A DNA stretch of 64,000 nt. Origin: Octopus vulgaris (Eukaryota). The notes under the pieces were generated by a model, which was not told the origin of the DNA, did no database searches, and was given only the letters and a program-made list of their open reading frames with translations. A program made the position numbers and the translations under genes. Location: the NCBI GenBank assembly GCA_951406725.2, contig OX597821.1, positions 2,232,001 to 2,296,000 on the forward strand, read 5' to 3'. Of the stretch, positions 12,841-25,759 are shown piece after piece (the stretch's first letter is position 1; every line of letters starts with the position of its first letter).

Positions 12841-12878
12841 CAGTACCGGTTTCGGTCATTTTGAGACCTTTTCAACTG
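12841..12878 (-). ncRNA. Minimal type I hammerhead ribozyme, U3:A8 variant (5' pLTR)
   Basis: Identical to 8412-8449. Confidence 0.75.
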
Positions 12879-12918
12879 TAACGATTAAATAATTAAATTT
12901 AGAAAAATTAGAAGAAAA

Positions 12919-12979
<61 letters not shown>

Positions 12980-13000
12980 TCTTTCACACTCTAGGGTGCT

Positions 13001-13039
<39 letters not shown>

Positions 13040-13044
<5 letters not shown>

Positions 13045-13260
13045 AATAAACAAATGCGCCCTGTTAAAGCCTAGCCAGGCTCATGGGCCCGGTATCCTGG
13101 TTTCTATGGCGTATGTGTTCCCCAGCTGGACGGGACGCCAGTCCATCGCAGCGTTACTCATTTTTGCCAGCTGAGTGGATTGGAGGAACGTGAAATGAAG
13201 TGTTTTGCTCAAGAACACAACTCTTCGCCCGGTCCAGGAATCGAAACCACAATCTTACGT
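13040..13260 (-). mobile_element. SINE family B (CORE-like), lacking part of the head
   Basis: Reverse complement of 17398-17655. Confidence 0.8.
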
Positions 13261-13684
13261 ACGTTTCCATAAAGCCGATACGGCAACTACTTTCAGTTTC
13301 CATTTACCCTGTAAATTTCAGTTTCTCCAAGTAAATCTATATAAAATATAATGTTCTAATTTAACCTTTTCTTTGTTATTAATTGATACGTTTTACTATG
13401 AAACTATTCAAAATTCCGTAGTATCTTCCTCGCTTTCTATAGATAATAACACTCATGGCCCTATATTTATTTTTAACATGTTTAACCATGTTAAACGGTT
13501 ATGTTTCCATCGACTTCATCAATGTAGATATAATAAACACACACACAAGCATACACAAAATGGTGCGCATACACATTCAGTTGCATACATATGTACACAT
13601 ATTTATGTTTGGTTAATCTAAGACATGACAATATAATCATTCATCGGTCTAATTATCATTATCATTTGAATGATGAATATAAAA

Positions 13685-13900
13685 GCGGTGAGCAGGCAGA
13701 TTCGTCAGCACCCCGGGGGTAATGCTTAGCAGTATTTCGTTTGTTGCTACTTTCGGAGTTGACATTCCGACAATGTCTGCTTCGCCTTTCATCCTTTAGG
13801 TGTCGATAAAATAAGTACCATTAAAATGCTAGTGTCGATGTAATCGATTAATCCACCCAACCAAATTTTAGGCCTTGTTCCTAGGAGAAAATATTATCAT
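13685..13900 (+). mobile_element. SINE family A, diverged
   Basis: gcctttcatccttt..gtcgataaaataagtacca body and tRNA-like head. Confidence 0.7.
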
Positions 13901-14284
13901 CATACTTGTCACTGTTTACCTATATCATGTACCACCCCTATGAAACCGGAGTGGATTCGCCTACAACTGTACAGTTAATAAGCAGAAACATTGATTCTAG
14001 CTTCGGAAACTTAAAAAATAATCGACAAAACTGTTGGGTTATGATTCATGTTAAAAAATACGAGTTGATATGGAGAAGAAAAACTATTACATAGAGTCTG
14101 GCGCTAGATCTTAGACTGAGCTTTTCCAGTACATCCAAATTTGCGTGTTTCGAACAGGTACAGGATAATACTGTTATTTGTTATCTAACATTATCAACTA
14201 ATGATTTCAACTACAATTACCCATCTGCCCCAGATGATTCGAAATATGCATAAACGTACACGCACGCCGATATATGTACATATG

Positions 14285-14331
<47 letters not shown>

Positions 14332-14489
14332 TTTGATACTTTGATAGGTTTCGGCCATTATTGGCCCAGGCCATGTCTAACTTAATAGCACCACCTGGTG
14401 CTATTGTATATATATGTATATATATACATATATATATATACATATATATATACATATATATATGTACACATATGCATATATCTATATAC

Positions 14490-14531
<42 letters not shown>

Positions 14532-14623
14532 AATATAGACATATATACATACATATATAGTACAAAGTAAGATTGGGGTTATGGGTGTAACCCACTATGG
14601 GATATATATATATATATATATAC

Positions 14624-15029
14624 ATAAATACAGTGTACATTTAAATACAAAAGAGGTATTCATCATTGGACAACCTGCATGCTTGAGAGGACAGTTAAAA
14701 TTCCAAACCACTATTAGGGATAAAATTTCGAATACGCAGTAGATTTGAAAAATTAGAATGTATAAGCACGTGGCATATACTGGATTTTCTCGTGTATATA
14801 TAATCTAAGGTGTACCTCCTGAAGAAGGCTTCGTCTAGCAAATTGCTTTATTTACTAAAACAAAGTCTGGAACGATTGGTCTAGGAGTTAGGTGGTAGAT
14901 GTTTTTTAGTTTTCAATCTATTCGAAATTTTATCCCTAATAGTGGTTTGGAATATTAACTGTCCTCTCTAGAGTGCAGGTATTCCTATGATGGATAACTC
15001 TCTTGTGTTTAAATGTACACTGTATTTAT
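14624..15029 (+). repeat. Long imperfect inverted repeat enclosing a degenerate HHR
   Basis: Arms 14624-14734 and 14919-15029; CTGAAGA at 14819, GGAAC at 14869, GTC at 14879. Confidence 0.7.
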
Positions 15030-15214
15030 ATGAATCATATATAGTCTATTGACTAAATTCTTTACACGCTAGGCCACTGGTCATGGATATTTCTAATATT
15101 TTTGATAAACCTTTGATATTATTAATGATATATATACATAGATATATATGTGTATATACATATATATATATATGAATTTATATATATATATATATATATT
15201 GTTCTTAATATTAA

Positions 15215-15885
15215 TAATGATGTGCACTCTTAACCTTTCCTTCCCCCTCCCTTTCTCAGACTTCATTCTTTTGGCTTTCCTTTTCTTCTACCTTACTGTC
15301 TCTCTCCCTCTCTCTCTCTCATTCTTCATCGTTTTCTCTACAACCATTCCCTTTTTTCTCTCCCTTTCTCTTACTCCTCCCCCTCCCTCCCGTCGCGGTC
15401 GCGTGATGAGAAGGCTACTACTGTCTTTCTTCTCCTGGCTGCCTCCAAGTAGAGACGGCAAATATGTTGCTCCCTCGCCGTACTAAAAAAATAGCGTTCG
15501 TAATATTTTATCTCTTTCGGCTTAACAGTCCTTCTTGTTTGTGTTACTGTTATTCTCCGTGTCCTGTCTTTTACTGTTTATATTTTGTACTGTCGTTACT
15601 GTCCTGTTTTTGTTAACATTTTTACCCCTCCGAAAAAAAATCTCAAATTCTATTTAATTTGATTTCCGCAGGAAGGAAAGTTTCATTAAAGTCATGTATC
15701 GCCTTGACCTTCGAAACGTGGAGTAGATGAAACAAAGGCGACTAAAGAAGGGGAATTTTCCTTGTTTTGTATGTCCTGTACTCTAATTTTTCGTTGTTTA
15801 AGAAAAATGTCCAGTTCCTTGGTTTTGTGTTTATGTCTTCGTTTCTCTTTGTGTTCGACGTTTTTTTGGTGTCCTGTACCCATAT
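15215..15885 (+). mobile_element. Probable PLE pLTR/3' UTR remnant between TA tracts
   Basis: Pyrimidine-rich; partial HHR tttcat..gtca..tgac..GAAAC gtgga GTA gatgaaa at 15681-15732. Confidence 0.4.
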
Positions 15886-16688
15886 ATGCATGTATATATA
15901 CATGTAGAGGTAGGCACGTACATATATGTATGTATATATGCATATGTGTTATTTATTTATTCATTTATTATATATATATATATACACAAACATATTCATA
16001 TATATACATACATAAATCCATTCATACATAAATCCATACATACATGCATAAATCCATCCATCCATCCATACATACATACATCCATACATACATACATATA
16101 TACATACTTGCATGCATACATACATACATATATACATACTTGCATGCATACATTTTCATGAATATGCTGCTACACATTACTGTTGCATTGAATTCCCGTA
16201 TCTCTTTCATATCTGTTACACCTCTCAATATTTCGTTATTTTATCTAAATATAATCTGACTGAACATTTTTTCCCCCAGTTATTTTGTTATCTTCGATGA
16301 AGGTCAATGCTGATGAAGCAGACCTGATCCTACCGCCATCTTGGCTATCGTGAAATATCGCCTGAACGAACGCTAAGACCGGGAAGCATTTAGAAGCGAC
16401 ACAGAGAAGCGCCAGCTGTGTATAATTAGTTAATTCTGCTCTACAATATATATTGATTACATATTTTCACAGATCTCAAAAAGACGGTTATACGTATGTG
16501 TGCGTGTGTGTATGTGTGCATATGAATGTGTGTGTGTGCTTCGTGTGTCAGTGTGTGTATGTATACATATGTATGCATATATTATATATATATATATATT
16601 TATACATTATATATATATATAAACATATATATATCCCCACACACATGTATGCATATATGTACATATAGATAAAGTTATATGCATATAG

Positions 16689-16729
<41 letters not shown>

Positions 16730-17397
16730 CATCTATAAAAGAAAATAACAATCCATATATATACAAGAATATACATATATAAATACATGCATACATATAT
16801 ATATGCAGGCTCAAATTCTTGCCTACACATTCACACACAGACATGCATATACGCATTGACACACACATCTAAATGCTCGAAGGCGCGCGCACACACACAC
16901 ATATGCATATATACATATATATATCTCTATATACATATGCACATATGTATGTGTATGTGTGTGTCTGTTGCATGTATATATCGTTGTTGCTGAGTCAACA
17001 TATTTCTCAGCTTCTAGTGCCGATAACATACAAGATGCTGACTTATAGAGCTAATAAGACCTATCGTAATTACAGAGTTGTTTAAATTTATACATATAAT
17101 ATTCCATCCTCTCTGCATCATTCCTTTGTCATTATTGTCGCCCATAACATTTTCTAAAAATAAGTATGATGAATTAGTTTCCACATCCTTAATCCTATTG
17201 TCAGCATAAGTAAATTTGTTTGTTTCACGCTCACGTTGCCTTTACCTTATGCCACATGACCTGGTACACGGTCTACTAGACACTTGCCACTTAGTCTTTC
17301 AGTCCTTTATGTAAGCCTGTGAGGTTAGCCCGGTTCATGGGCCTAGTTTCCCAACATGAGTGTGAGAATATATATATAGACATGCATATATATCATT

Positions 17398-17655
17398 TTG
17401 GAGGCGCGTGGCTTAGTGGATAAGGTGTTAGCACCATGATCGTAACATTGTGGTTTCGATTACTGGACCGGGCGACGCGTTTTGTTCTTGAGCAAAACAC
17501 TCCATTTCACGTTGCTCCAGTCCACTCAGCTGGCAAAAATGAGTAACACTGCGATGGACTGGCGTCCCGTCCAGCTAGGGCACAAATACGCCATTGAATA
17601 TCTGGGAAACTAGGCCCATGAGCCTGGCTAACCTTTGAAAGGGCGCATTTATTTA
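17398..17655 (+). mobile_element. SINE family B (tRNA head, CORE-like centre)
   Basis: TGGCTTAGTGG box A, GGTTTCGATT box B, gttcttgagcaaaacact core-like segment, ctgcgatggactggcgtcccgtccag, (ATTT) tail. Confidence 0.85.
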
Positions 17656-17656
17656 G

Positions 17657-17970
17657 TGGAGGCGCAATAGCCCAGTGGTTAGGGCAGCGGACTAGCGGTC
17701 GGAGGATCGCGGTTTCGATTTCCAGACCGGGAGTTGTGTGTGTTTATTGAGGGAAAACATCTAGGAGCTCCACAAGGCTCCGGCAGGGGGGGGGGGTGAC
17801 CCCTTTTGTACTCTTTTGTACACCACAACTTTCTCTCACACTATCTTCCTGTTTCTTGAGTAACGCTGCGATGGACAGGCGTCCCGTTCAGCTGTGGGGC
17901 GACATATACGCCATAGAAACCGGGAAACCGAGCCCATGAGCCTAGCTAGGCTTGAAAAGGGCGACGTTTA
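17657..17970 (+). mobile_element. SINE family C, sharing its 3' half with family B
   Basis: TAGCCCAGTGGTT box A, GGTTTCGATTTCC box B; same 3' region as the adjacent SINE. Confidence 0.85.
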
Positions 17971-17984
17971 TCGTTTTTATATAA

Positions 17985-18180
17985 TGTTTTATTTCTTACC
18001 CGATTTAATTATTAGACTGCGGCCGTGCTGTGGCACTGTTTCGAAGAATTCTAGTCAAACGAAATGATACCAGAACTTTTTCTAAAGAACAATCTGGTCC
18101 TTATTCTATCGGTGTCGGTTAGCTACAGGGAGGTAAACAAGCCAGTACCGGTTGTCAAGCTATTGTGGGAATTAACAGAC
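17985..18180 (-). mobile_element. 3' half of SINE family D
   Basis: gactgcggccgtgctgtggcac..cttattctatcggt similar to 59290-59500. Confidence 0.55.
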
Positions 18181-18249
18181 GTATATGTGTATGTGTGTAT
18201 ATCTAAGTATGTATGTGTATATATATATATGTATATATACATATATATA

Positions 18250-18319
<70 letters not shown>

Positions 18320-18445
18320 TAAATTAGAGACAAAATCACTATTAGGAAAATCATACAATGAAAAACTTAAGCCAATACATAAGATTATTTAATTTAATCC
18401 TAAATCTGATTTTTCCCTGTAAGTTTGGATTTATTCCCTAATATT

Positions 18446-18538
<93 letters not shown>

Positions 18539-18542
18539 TGTG

Positions 18543-18809
18543 TGTAAAGTAACAGTTTTAGAAAAAGCCCATTGGTTTCAGATCTAGCGGGAACTAGACA
18601 TATCTTCAATTTCTCTAAACGATAACTTTTCTCCGCAAAGAATGTTTTTTAAAAAAAAAAACACAAGAAAGCCGGTGTATTTTTTTTTTTTTTTCTAAAA
18701 AACATTCTTTGCAGAGAACAATTATCGTTTAGAGAAACTGAAGATATGTCTAGTTCACGCTAGATTTCAAACCAATGTCTTTTCTTTTTTCTAAAACTGT
18801 TACTTTACA
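18543..18809. mobile_element. MITE/foldback-like palindrome
   Basis: TGTAAAGTAACAGTTTTAGAAAAA...TTTTTCTAAAACTGTTACTTTACA; arms of about 120 bp around a short spacer. Confidence 0.7.
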
Positions 18810-18877
18810 TAATCAGAAATAAACAACTGCTCTATATTTTATAGGTATACTCTTTTTCTGATTTATGACATTATAAC

Positions 18878-18935
<58 letters not shown>

Positions 18936-19023
18936 ATAAAAAGGGTAAGACAACAAAAGAATGAAAGTGACCTCGATATGATGTAAATAGAGCAATTTAT
19001 CTGTAAAAGTGGTATGTGACAAT

Positions 19024-19112
19024 TATTCGGTAGCCATGATAAAATTCCGAGTTTCGGATGTCGGGGTGAAAATCCACGCCGCTATCTCTTCAGTTATCCT
19101 GCCATCGGAATA
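19024..19112 (-). ncRNA. Type I hammerhead motif, partly decayed, in a short PLE-like remnant (about 18935-19125)
   Basis: Minus: gataa CTGAAGA [imperfect stem II] GAAA ctcgga ATT ttatc, with extended stem I. Confidence 0.55.
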
Positions 19113-19140
19113 AATGCCTTTAATTCTTCATATGTATGTA

Positions 19141-19177
<37 letters not shown>

Positions 19178-19892
19178 CTTTACATAGGCCTACACATGTT
19201 ACAACAGCACCTATCAGTAACGGTTGCATTTGCAACCCTACTATAACACCAGTCCAGGTTCTTCAGGGTCTTTACTTAATATCCTTCTATTTAATTGTTT
19301 AAAGTTTTTCGTTTATCTTCTCTGTGTTGAATGACGCACCGTTGTTCGTAATGTTAGGCGCGAATAATCTCAAATTCAAGTTTCCATTGGATGATTAATT
19401 ATAATCCATTATTTCAAAACATTGTGTCGTTTACATGTTTATTATTCATTTATGCTGGGCAAATGTGAATTCCCTCATGTGAAAACATCTCAGAATTTGT
19501 TCCTGTCTAGAATTTATTACATTAAACTTAAATGTAAAAATCTGGTAAAATTCTTCTGAACGAAAATCACATTTTTTTAGTTCCAGGTCTGTATGGTTTT
19601 GAAGTACAACATAATTCCTGATTGATAGTGTAGTCTGTGTTACTGTCTTTGATAGACTAGAATAATCTACTCAGAATTGTTTGGAATCTTTTGATTTTAT
19701 CTCTAAATGATATTATACACTCCAGGAAACCTATATAATTAAGGAAATATATTCAGAACTTTCCAGCGGAATATATTTCTAAATTCTTATCTTATAGGAA
19801 TATTATTGGATTTAGATATTAATTGTTGAATAACCTAACTGAGAGCAAACCAGTAAACGTTTGGAGTGATACCTTACTATTTACAAATGTAT

Positions 19893-20017
19893 ATCACCGT
19901 GATCACCGTGATCGATTAGGCTATCAGATGTTGCTACACATCGCTGGTCACAATGCGCTTCGCATTGTTTTAGCCTTCAAATGACGCCACTCCGCTGGCT
20001 AAGCGAGCAGGCCAACA
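19893..20017 (-). repeat. Probable LINE/SINE 3' end with (CACGGTGAT) tail
   Basis: GC-richer block ending in a tandem 9-mer; family not determined. Confidence 0.35.
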
Positions 20018-20139
20018 TATGTATATGGAATAAAAGAATAAAAGAATAAGAGAATGCGAGTTGATATCAAACGGTTCCTGGTCTAGTTGTGTTTATTTAA
20101 AAATTATCTGATTTACCTAAGTTTGAACATTATCACCTT

Positions 20140-20800
20140 CGACATAATCACATTGCGCAACAAAACACCGGTTCCACCGTTCCTGTCACTTCTGAAATCC
20201 GGCCTGGAAGTCATTTCCTCGTAATTGATTCGAGGATCTTTTGTGAATCGCACCGACTTTCGACAACGGTGTTAAAACGGCGGATTTCAGTTGCATTTTT
20301 CCCTGGGTGAAGAGATGCAAATCCGCAGGTGCTAAATATAGTGAATAGGGCGGATTCAGAAACGATACGATGATGTTTTTAGTGAGAAACTCATGAATGG
20401 GAAGAGCTCAGTGAAGAATCCAGTTCATCGAGCTCCAGAGATCCGATCGCTTTTGCCAAGTGTCCTCCCTCTAGCACTTCAAAATGTCGGAGTAGAACAT
20501 TGAGTTGACAGTATGGTTCGCAGGAGAAGGAATTCTCGAGGCACGATATCATATTTCCAAGGGTGTCTCTCGTGAAATTTCTTCCAGGTCGCCCATCGTC
20601 TTCTAAGGATATTTTTCTACTTTTGAAGTACCCATGCCACTCAAAACATAGCGTACGCCTCGTCGCCGTACGTTTGGCGAAGCATGCTCAATGTCTCTGT
20701 AACAGACATCCCAGGTTAGCACAACATTTTGTGTTAACAGTACACGTGTTTGAGGTATTTTCAATCATTTATACATTAATTGAAAGAGTCTGATACCTCA
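20140..20800 (-). pseudogene. Decayed mariner transposase fragment
   Basis: Minus strand near 20310-20355 reads PPYSLYLAPADLHLF (YSPDLAP-like). Confidence 0.55.
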
Positions 20801-21979
20801 AGTGAATGAACAACTGAAAACACATAGTCGGAAATTCTGACCCAGAACAATTTTTATTTTTTCTAATCATCATAACCGAAATAACTCAGAGAGGTTTCAA
20901 CTGATGTTGGCCCAGGGAATGTTTACTTTAATAACATAACATATTGAAGAGAATAACCTTTGATTTTTCTTTGGGCGATCCCAATAATTCAAGACCATTT
21001 TTGTTTGTAGGATATAGACAACACAAACGTTTTGATTCTTAGAAATTGAAATCTGAACCGAGCACTAGAAAACTAAATACATTTAAGTCAGTTCATTCCT
21101 CTCTAGTGTTGTCTCTTTTCCTATATTAATGAATGTCTGCACATCAATATTCTAGAAACCGCTTGTCATATTCCCATACTTACATAACTAACGAAACAGA
21201 CTGATGGTTTACACACTTGTATGTCCTATATCTTTGCATATACATAGAAATACGTTATCACTCAGTCACAATTTATAACGAGACTTGTAGAAATTATATT
21301 GGAAATGACTTTCTTCTTACGTTTAACATTAATGCGTTCAAGTATATTGTGAATAATTTGGTTAAAAGTTGAGATGTTATCAAAATGCTTGCTCCGCTAA
21401 ACGCTTTATATATCATTTTCGAAATGGCTGAAAAAAAGAAATTCTATAGAATATTATCGACGTTCAGAGCTTTGTGCGATAGAATGTAATATGGAAATGG
21501 CCTTCGGTAAATTGTGCGGAAATGAAAGTTTGATTGACGACGTTTGAGACTATAAGAAATTGCTTATGGATGCAAATAAAAAAGAAAAGTTATGATCATT
21601 ATGCCAAGCAAAAGTGAGTCCTTTTCCTATTACTTATACCCCCAAATCCTTTAGTAGTGATTGATATTCTACAGTCTTCAGCATGCATTAAAGATTAGGA
21701 ATAATACATTCCATTCTTGTTTATATACAACTGATATCAAAAGCTCGCTTATATGCAGATATGCAGAGCAGCTCGCGGATGGTGTGTGTGTGTGTGATTT
21801 TATAATTTGTGAATATTTAAGTGTCTATAAACTGAAATATATATGTATATGTGAATATGTTATATACAGCAATCTATATAATAAGTGAATAATATTAAAG
21901 AATTTACAAATTCATTTCGATAACTTCTGTTGTGCTAAATATTAGTACTAAACTACTGTTGTGCATTATGTTTCTTATA

Positions 21980-22965
21980 TTGGGTTGTCCGGAAAGTTCG
22001 TGCCGATTTTTAAAGGAAAGAAAAAGGTTAATAAATACTTGCCATTACATTTTAATCAACCAAATGAGAACCATTTTGTTGCACAATGCGTCTCCGTCTT
22101 TCCTTTAACTTGAAAATACCCTTTTCCCAGAATTGAGGTAGTTTCATGGCAAAAAATTCATCAAGATATCTTTCTACGTCATCCAAGGAATTGAAATTTT
22201 TACCATTAAGACTATTCTGTAGAGACCTGAATAAGTGGAAATCTGAAGGAGCAATATCTGGTCAATATGGATGGTGGGGTAACACATCCCAGCCGAGCTG
22301 CAGTAATTTTTGTATGGTTTCCAAAACATCAAGTGCCGAAAATGAACTTCCTTCTCTTTCATTTTAAAGGGTTACAGCATTAACACATGTTATCTTTATA
22401 TATATAAAACTGAGAATGTGTGTCTGTCTGTCTGTCTGTGTGCTTCCCTAAAACTTGAGAACCACACACTAATTTCATTCAAATTTTACACATGCCTTAC
22501 TTAGAGTCCATGTAGTTTCATGGGCAAAAAAATGTTCAACTTCTTGCCTAGAGCGAGCCCATAGCAATATCATATCTTCTCCACTATTTCAGTATTACGT
22601 GTTAAAAGTGAAACAAAAATATTTCTCTATTTTATGTCAGATACTTTCACTTTAGCAATAAAAATAATAATAACAATTGAATTATATGTAGTAAGTAATA
22701 ATTAAAATCAAACTAAAGTACCATGACAAAAGTAAAAATAGCAATTGGTATAAAATTGTATCAATGATTTGCACTATCACTATGACCCGGTAACGACGGG
22801 TCTTTAATGCTAGTAGGAACATAAACCTTCTTCTACGTAATGATAGCTTAAACTGTGCTCTAAACGGAGGTGTAGTCAAAGCCTATTTTATGGACACAAC
22901 CATGTTCTAAAATAAGTAGAATGTTAAGCTACTATAAATCGGCACGAACTTTCCGAACAACCCAA
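21980..22965 (-). mobile_element. Internally deleted mariner with nested Helitron
   Basis: TIRs TTGGGTTGTCCGGAAAGTTCGTGCCGATTT / AAATCGGCACGAACTTTCCGAACAACCCAA, TA flanks; WDVLPHPPY.PDIAPSDFHLFRSLQ on minus. Confidence 0.9.
22393..22813 (+). mobile_element. Non-autonomous Helitron inside the mariner
   Basis: A|TCTTTATATATATAAAA start, gacccggtaacgacgggtc hairpin, CTAG|T end. Confidence 0.85.
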
Positions 22966-23344
22966 TAGTTGTCCTAACTTCTGCTCTTATTGGTGTTAGC
23001 ACGGTTTCAGCTTCGATCGACTCGCCATGTAAAGAAATCTATTTCAGTACTGACCATGCTAGATTGCTCGTAGCAGAACTCATTTGTTTTTTTTTCTATT
23101 ATGGTATAATGAATGACGTGCGCGGGCCTGAGGTGCTGCATCTAAAATGTGAGACAATCAGACAACCATATGGCTTGACTGATGTCTGTATGCATATATG
23201 CGTGAGTGTGTATATAAGTGTGCGTATACATTTACATATATGTTTATATACATGCATATACACACACAAACATAGATATACGTACTGTTAAAAAAGTTGG
23301 GATGCGTGGCGTTCAATTATTTTATAAATGAAAGATGCATTAAA

Positions 23345-23495
23345 TACCAGTGCGTAAGTGGTAATTATTTAATCGCCCCCGAAAGGATGAAAGGCAAAGT
23401 CGACCTCGGTGGAATTTGAACTCAGAACGTAGCGGCAGACGAAATAACATTAAGCAATTATCTCCCGGCGTGCTAACGATTCTGCCAGCTCGCCA
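23345..23495 (-). mobile_element. SINE family A, 5' part
   Basis: gaaaggatgaaaggcaaagtcgacctcgg..gctaacgattctgccagctcgcc. Confidence 0.8.
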
Positions 23496-23879
23496 TATTA
23501 AACTTTCCGTCTCAAAATGAGACAGACACTTTACAAAAATATGAACCTCGCCATGCAGTCTGGAGAATTGCCATACTATAAAATTGCTAAAAGAAAGATC
23601 TTTACGTAGAGAGAACTAAACTTGGAAACGTTAAATGTTCCTCTAATATAAAATTGACAAAAATTGACTGACACTAATATAACGTGGAAAAAAATTGAAA
23701 GCTATATTAATCTAAAGTTCCGAAATGTTGATATGTTAAGTTGCTATAAAATTGAAAACGATCAGTGTGTCTTTAATTCAAAGATGGAAATATTGCATAT
23801 ATCCACTCATCGAAATTAATAATGTGCTAACAGTGTTTTGTCTCAGTTGTCTCAGTATGATACAAAAAAAAATGTATCT

Positions 23880-24320
23880 TTAATCTTTAATCTTTTACTT
23901 GTTTGAGTCCCTAGGCTGTGGCCATTCTGGGGCACTGTCATCAAGTGTTTTTAATCGAGGGAATCGTCTCCATTACCTTTGTGTTTTTTTAAGTGTGGTA
24001 CTTTTTCTATCCATCACGTTTGCCAAGCCGCTAGGTTACGTGGACATAAACACACCAACACTGGTCGTCAAGTGTGGTGGGGAACAGTCACAAAGACACT
24101 CACACACACACAAACACACACACACAAACACACACACATACATACACACACACACGCGCGCACACACACATGTATATATGTATACGACGAGTTTCTTTCA
24201 GTCCTAGTCTACCAAATCCATTCGCAAGGCCTCAGGCTATAGTAGAAGACAGTTGCCCGAGGTGCCACGCAATGGGACTGAAAACGGAACCGTGTTGTTA
24301 CCACACAGTCACGCCTGTGA
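23880..24320 (-). mobile_element. Bipartite SINE family D with internal (CA)n
   Basis: Reverse complement of 26535-27062. Confidence 0.7.
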
Positions 24321-25204
24321 AAGATTTTGTATATATCTCAGCCAGAGATATTTAATCCTCTATGAAATTCCGTGTCTGTCGTCTGTTTATCATGTATAAT
24401 AACGGCTAAAATCTTTAGAAATATTCCGTAGAACATGGTATTTCTGAAAAGTGAACGCAGTTTAAATTCAAGTAATTTTTAATCAAAGTAGCTGTTAAAA
24501 ATAAATGGTGTATAAAACTCTGTTTATGAAACTAATTTCCACCTCGACTGACAGGGTTTTTAAGCAACGCCTTTGTGAAAGCTGATACTAATTTTGCTAC
24601 AAAGCCGGTTATTTAGAGAGGTGGGTTTTAGTTAATGCCTTTGATCTCGGTATTTCGAGTGTACTTTGTCTAATGGAATCCGAAAAGACGAAAAGCAAAT
24701 CTGAAGCTGCCGGTGTTCGAACTCAGAATATCGTAAAGTACTTTTTTTTGGAGTCTCTAACGTGTGTGCTAGCGAAACTCCCTAAATCCTTTCTAATCTA
24801 GGAACAATGCTAGTGATTTTAGCAGGTAGATGTCAGTCGGTTTTATTCACTCCAGTACTCGAATCGCACTATATTGAAACATCATCGAAGGATGAAGGGC
24901 AATGTAGGCCTCAGCAAGATCTGAACTCAGAATGCAAGAGATGTAACATACGTATTAGTGACTCTACCAGCGCGCATCATTCCCATAGTTAGTTGCTACT
25001 CAAACTTCAAGACAGGAGTGAAACTAAATCAGTTGTTTTCACATTAGCCGTTCAAGATAAATATTGTGCACATAAAAACAAAGTGTTCGCATACGTCTAT
25101 TATATAGAACATTTGATAACATCTCTAGCTATATTGTGTTGTAAAGTGTTGCAGTATTATAAAACTGAAAATGTTTAATGTGGCAATAATATAAAAGAGT
25201 AAAT

Positions 25205-25497
25205 AGATCAATCACTATACTCGATAGGAGATCTTCCTATAAAGAAAGTGTAATGAAACTTTTAAAGAAAACATTTAATGACATGCAAAGCAAGAACAAT
25301 TTGTCTCGCAGCCAAAACAATTTTATTTACAACTAAATAACAAAATCGTAAATGAATTAAATGTCAACAAAAACTAAAGTTGTTGATGTCGATTAGCTCG
25401 AGGTTAACCTACCATCAAAATGTATTCTGATCATGATCTTACCCGTCATATTGTTGTTGTTGATTTTTAGCACTAAACCAGAGCAGATGATAGAAAC
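25205..25497 (+). repeat. Local direct duplication; second copy at 26195-26484
   Basis: gatcaatcactatactcgatagga...ccagagcagatgatagaaa present twice with small indels. Confidence 0.85.
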
Positions 25498-25759
25498 TAT
25501 GAACAGAAAGATTGATTCTGTGACCATCCTGCCTCGTGACTCTTTACAAAGCTTAGTTAAAACTGACAATGGAATACCGCTGCCATTGCTTGGATATGAT
25601 TGCCGATTTTCAAGCGAATATCTCGTCTTTTATTTAGTACTGTATTATCAAAAGTCTTGTTTCGTTGTGAAGGAAGTTTAGCTGGTATTTGTTCGCAGAG
25701 ATGGTTACGGCTTCGGGATTTCATTCACCATTTTATAGGATATTAAGTACAATCTTTCT

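Larger units (their letters stand above)
8352..12923 (-). mobile_element. Near full-length Penelope-like retroelement (EN+, Naiad/Neptune-like) with partial-tandem pLTR, inserted in (TA)n
   Basis: RT plus GIY-YIG ORF; about 143-bp direct repeats 8352-8494 and 12781-12923, identical by eye; (TA)n on both flanks; HHR in each repeat. Confidence 0.95.

Noticed and set aside
17398-17730. tRNA genes
   Set aside because: A/B-box heads continue into multicopy SINE bodies and no complete cloverleaf is evident
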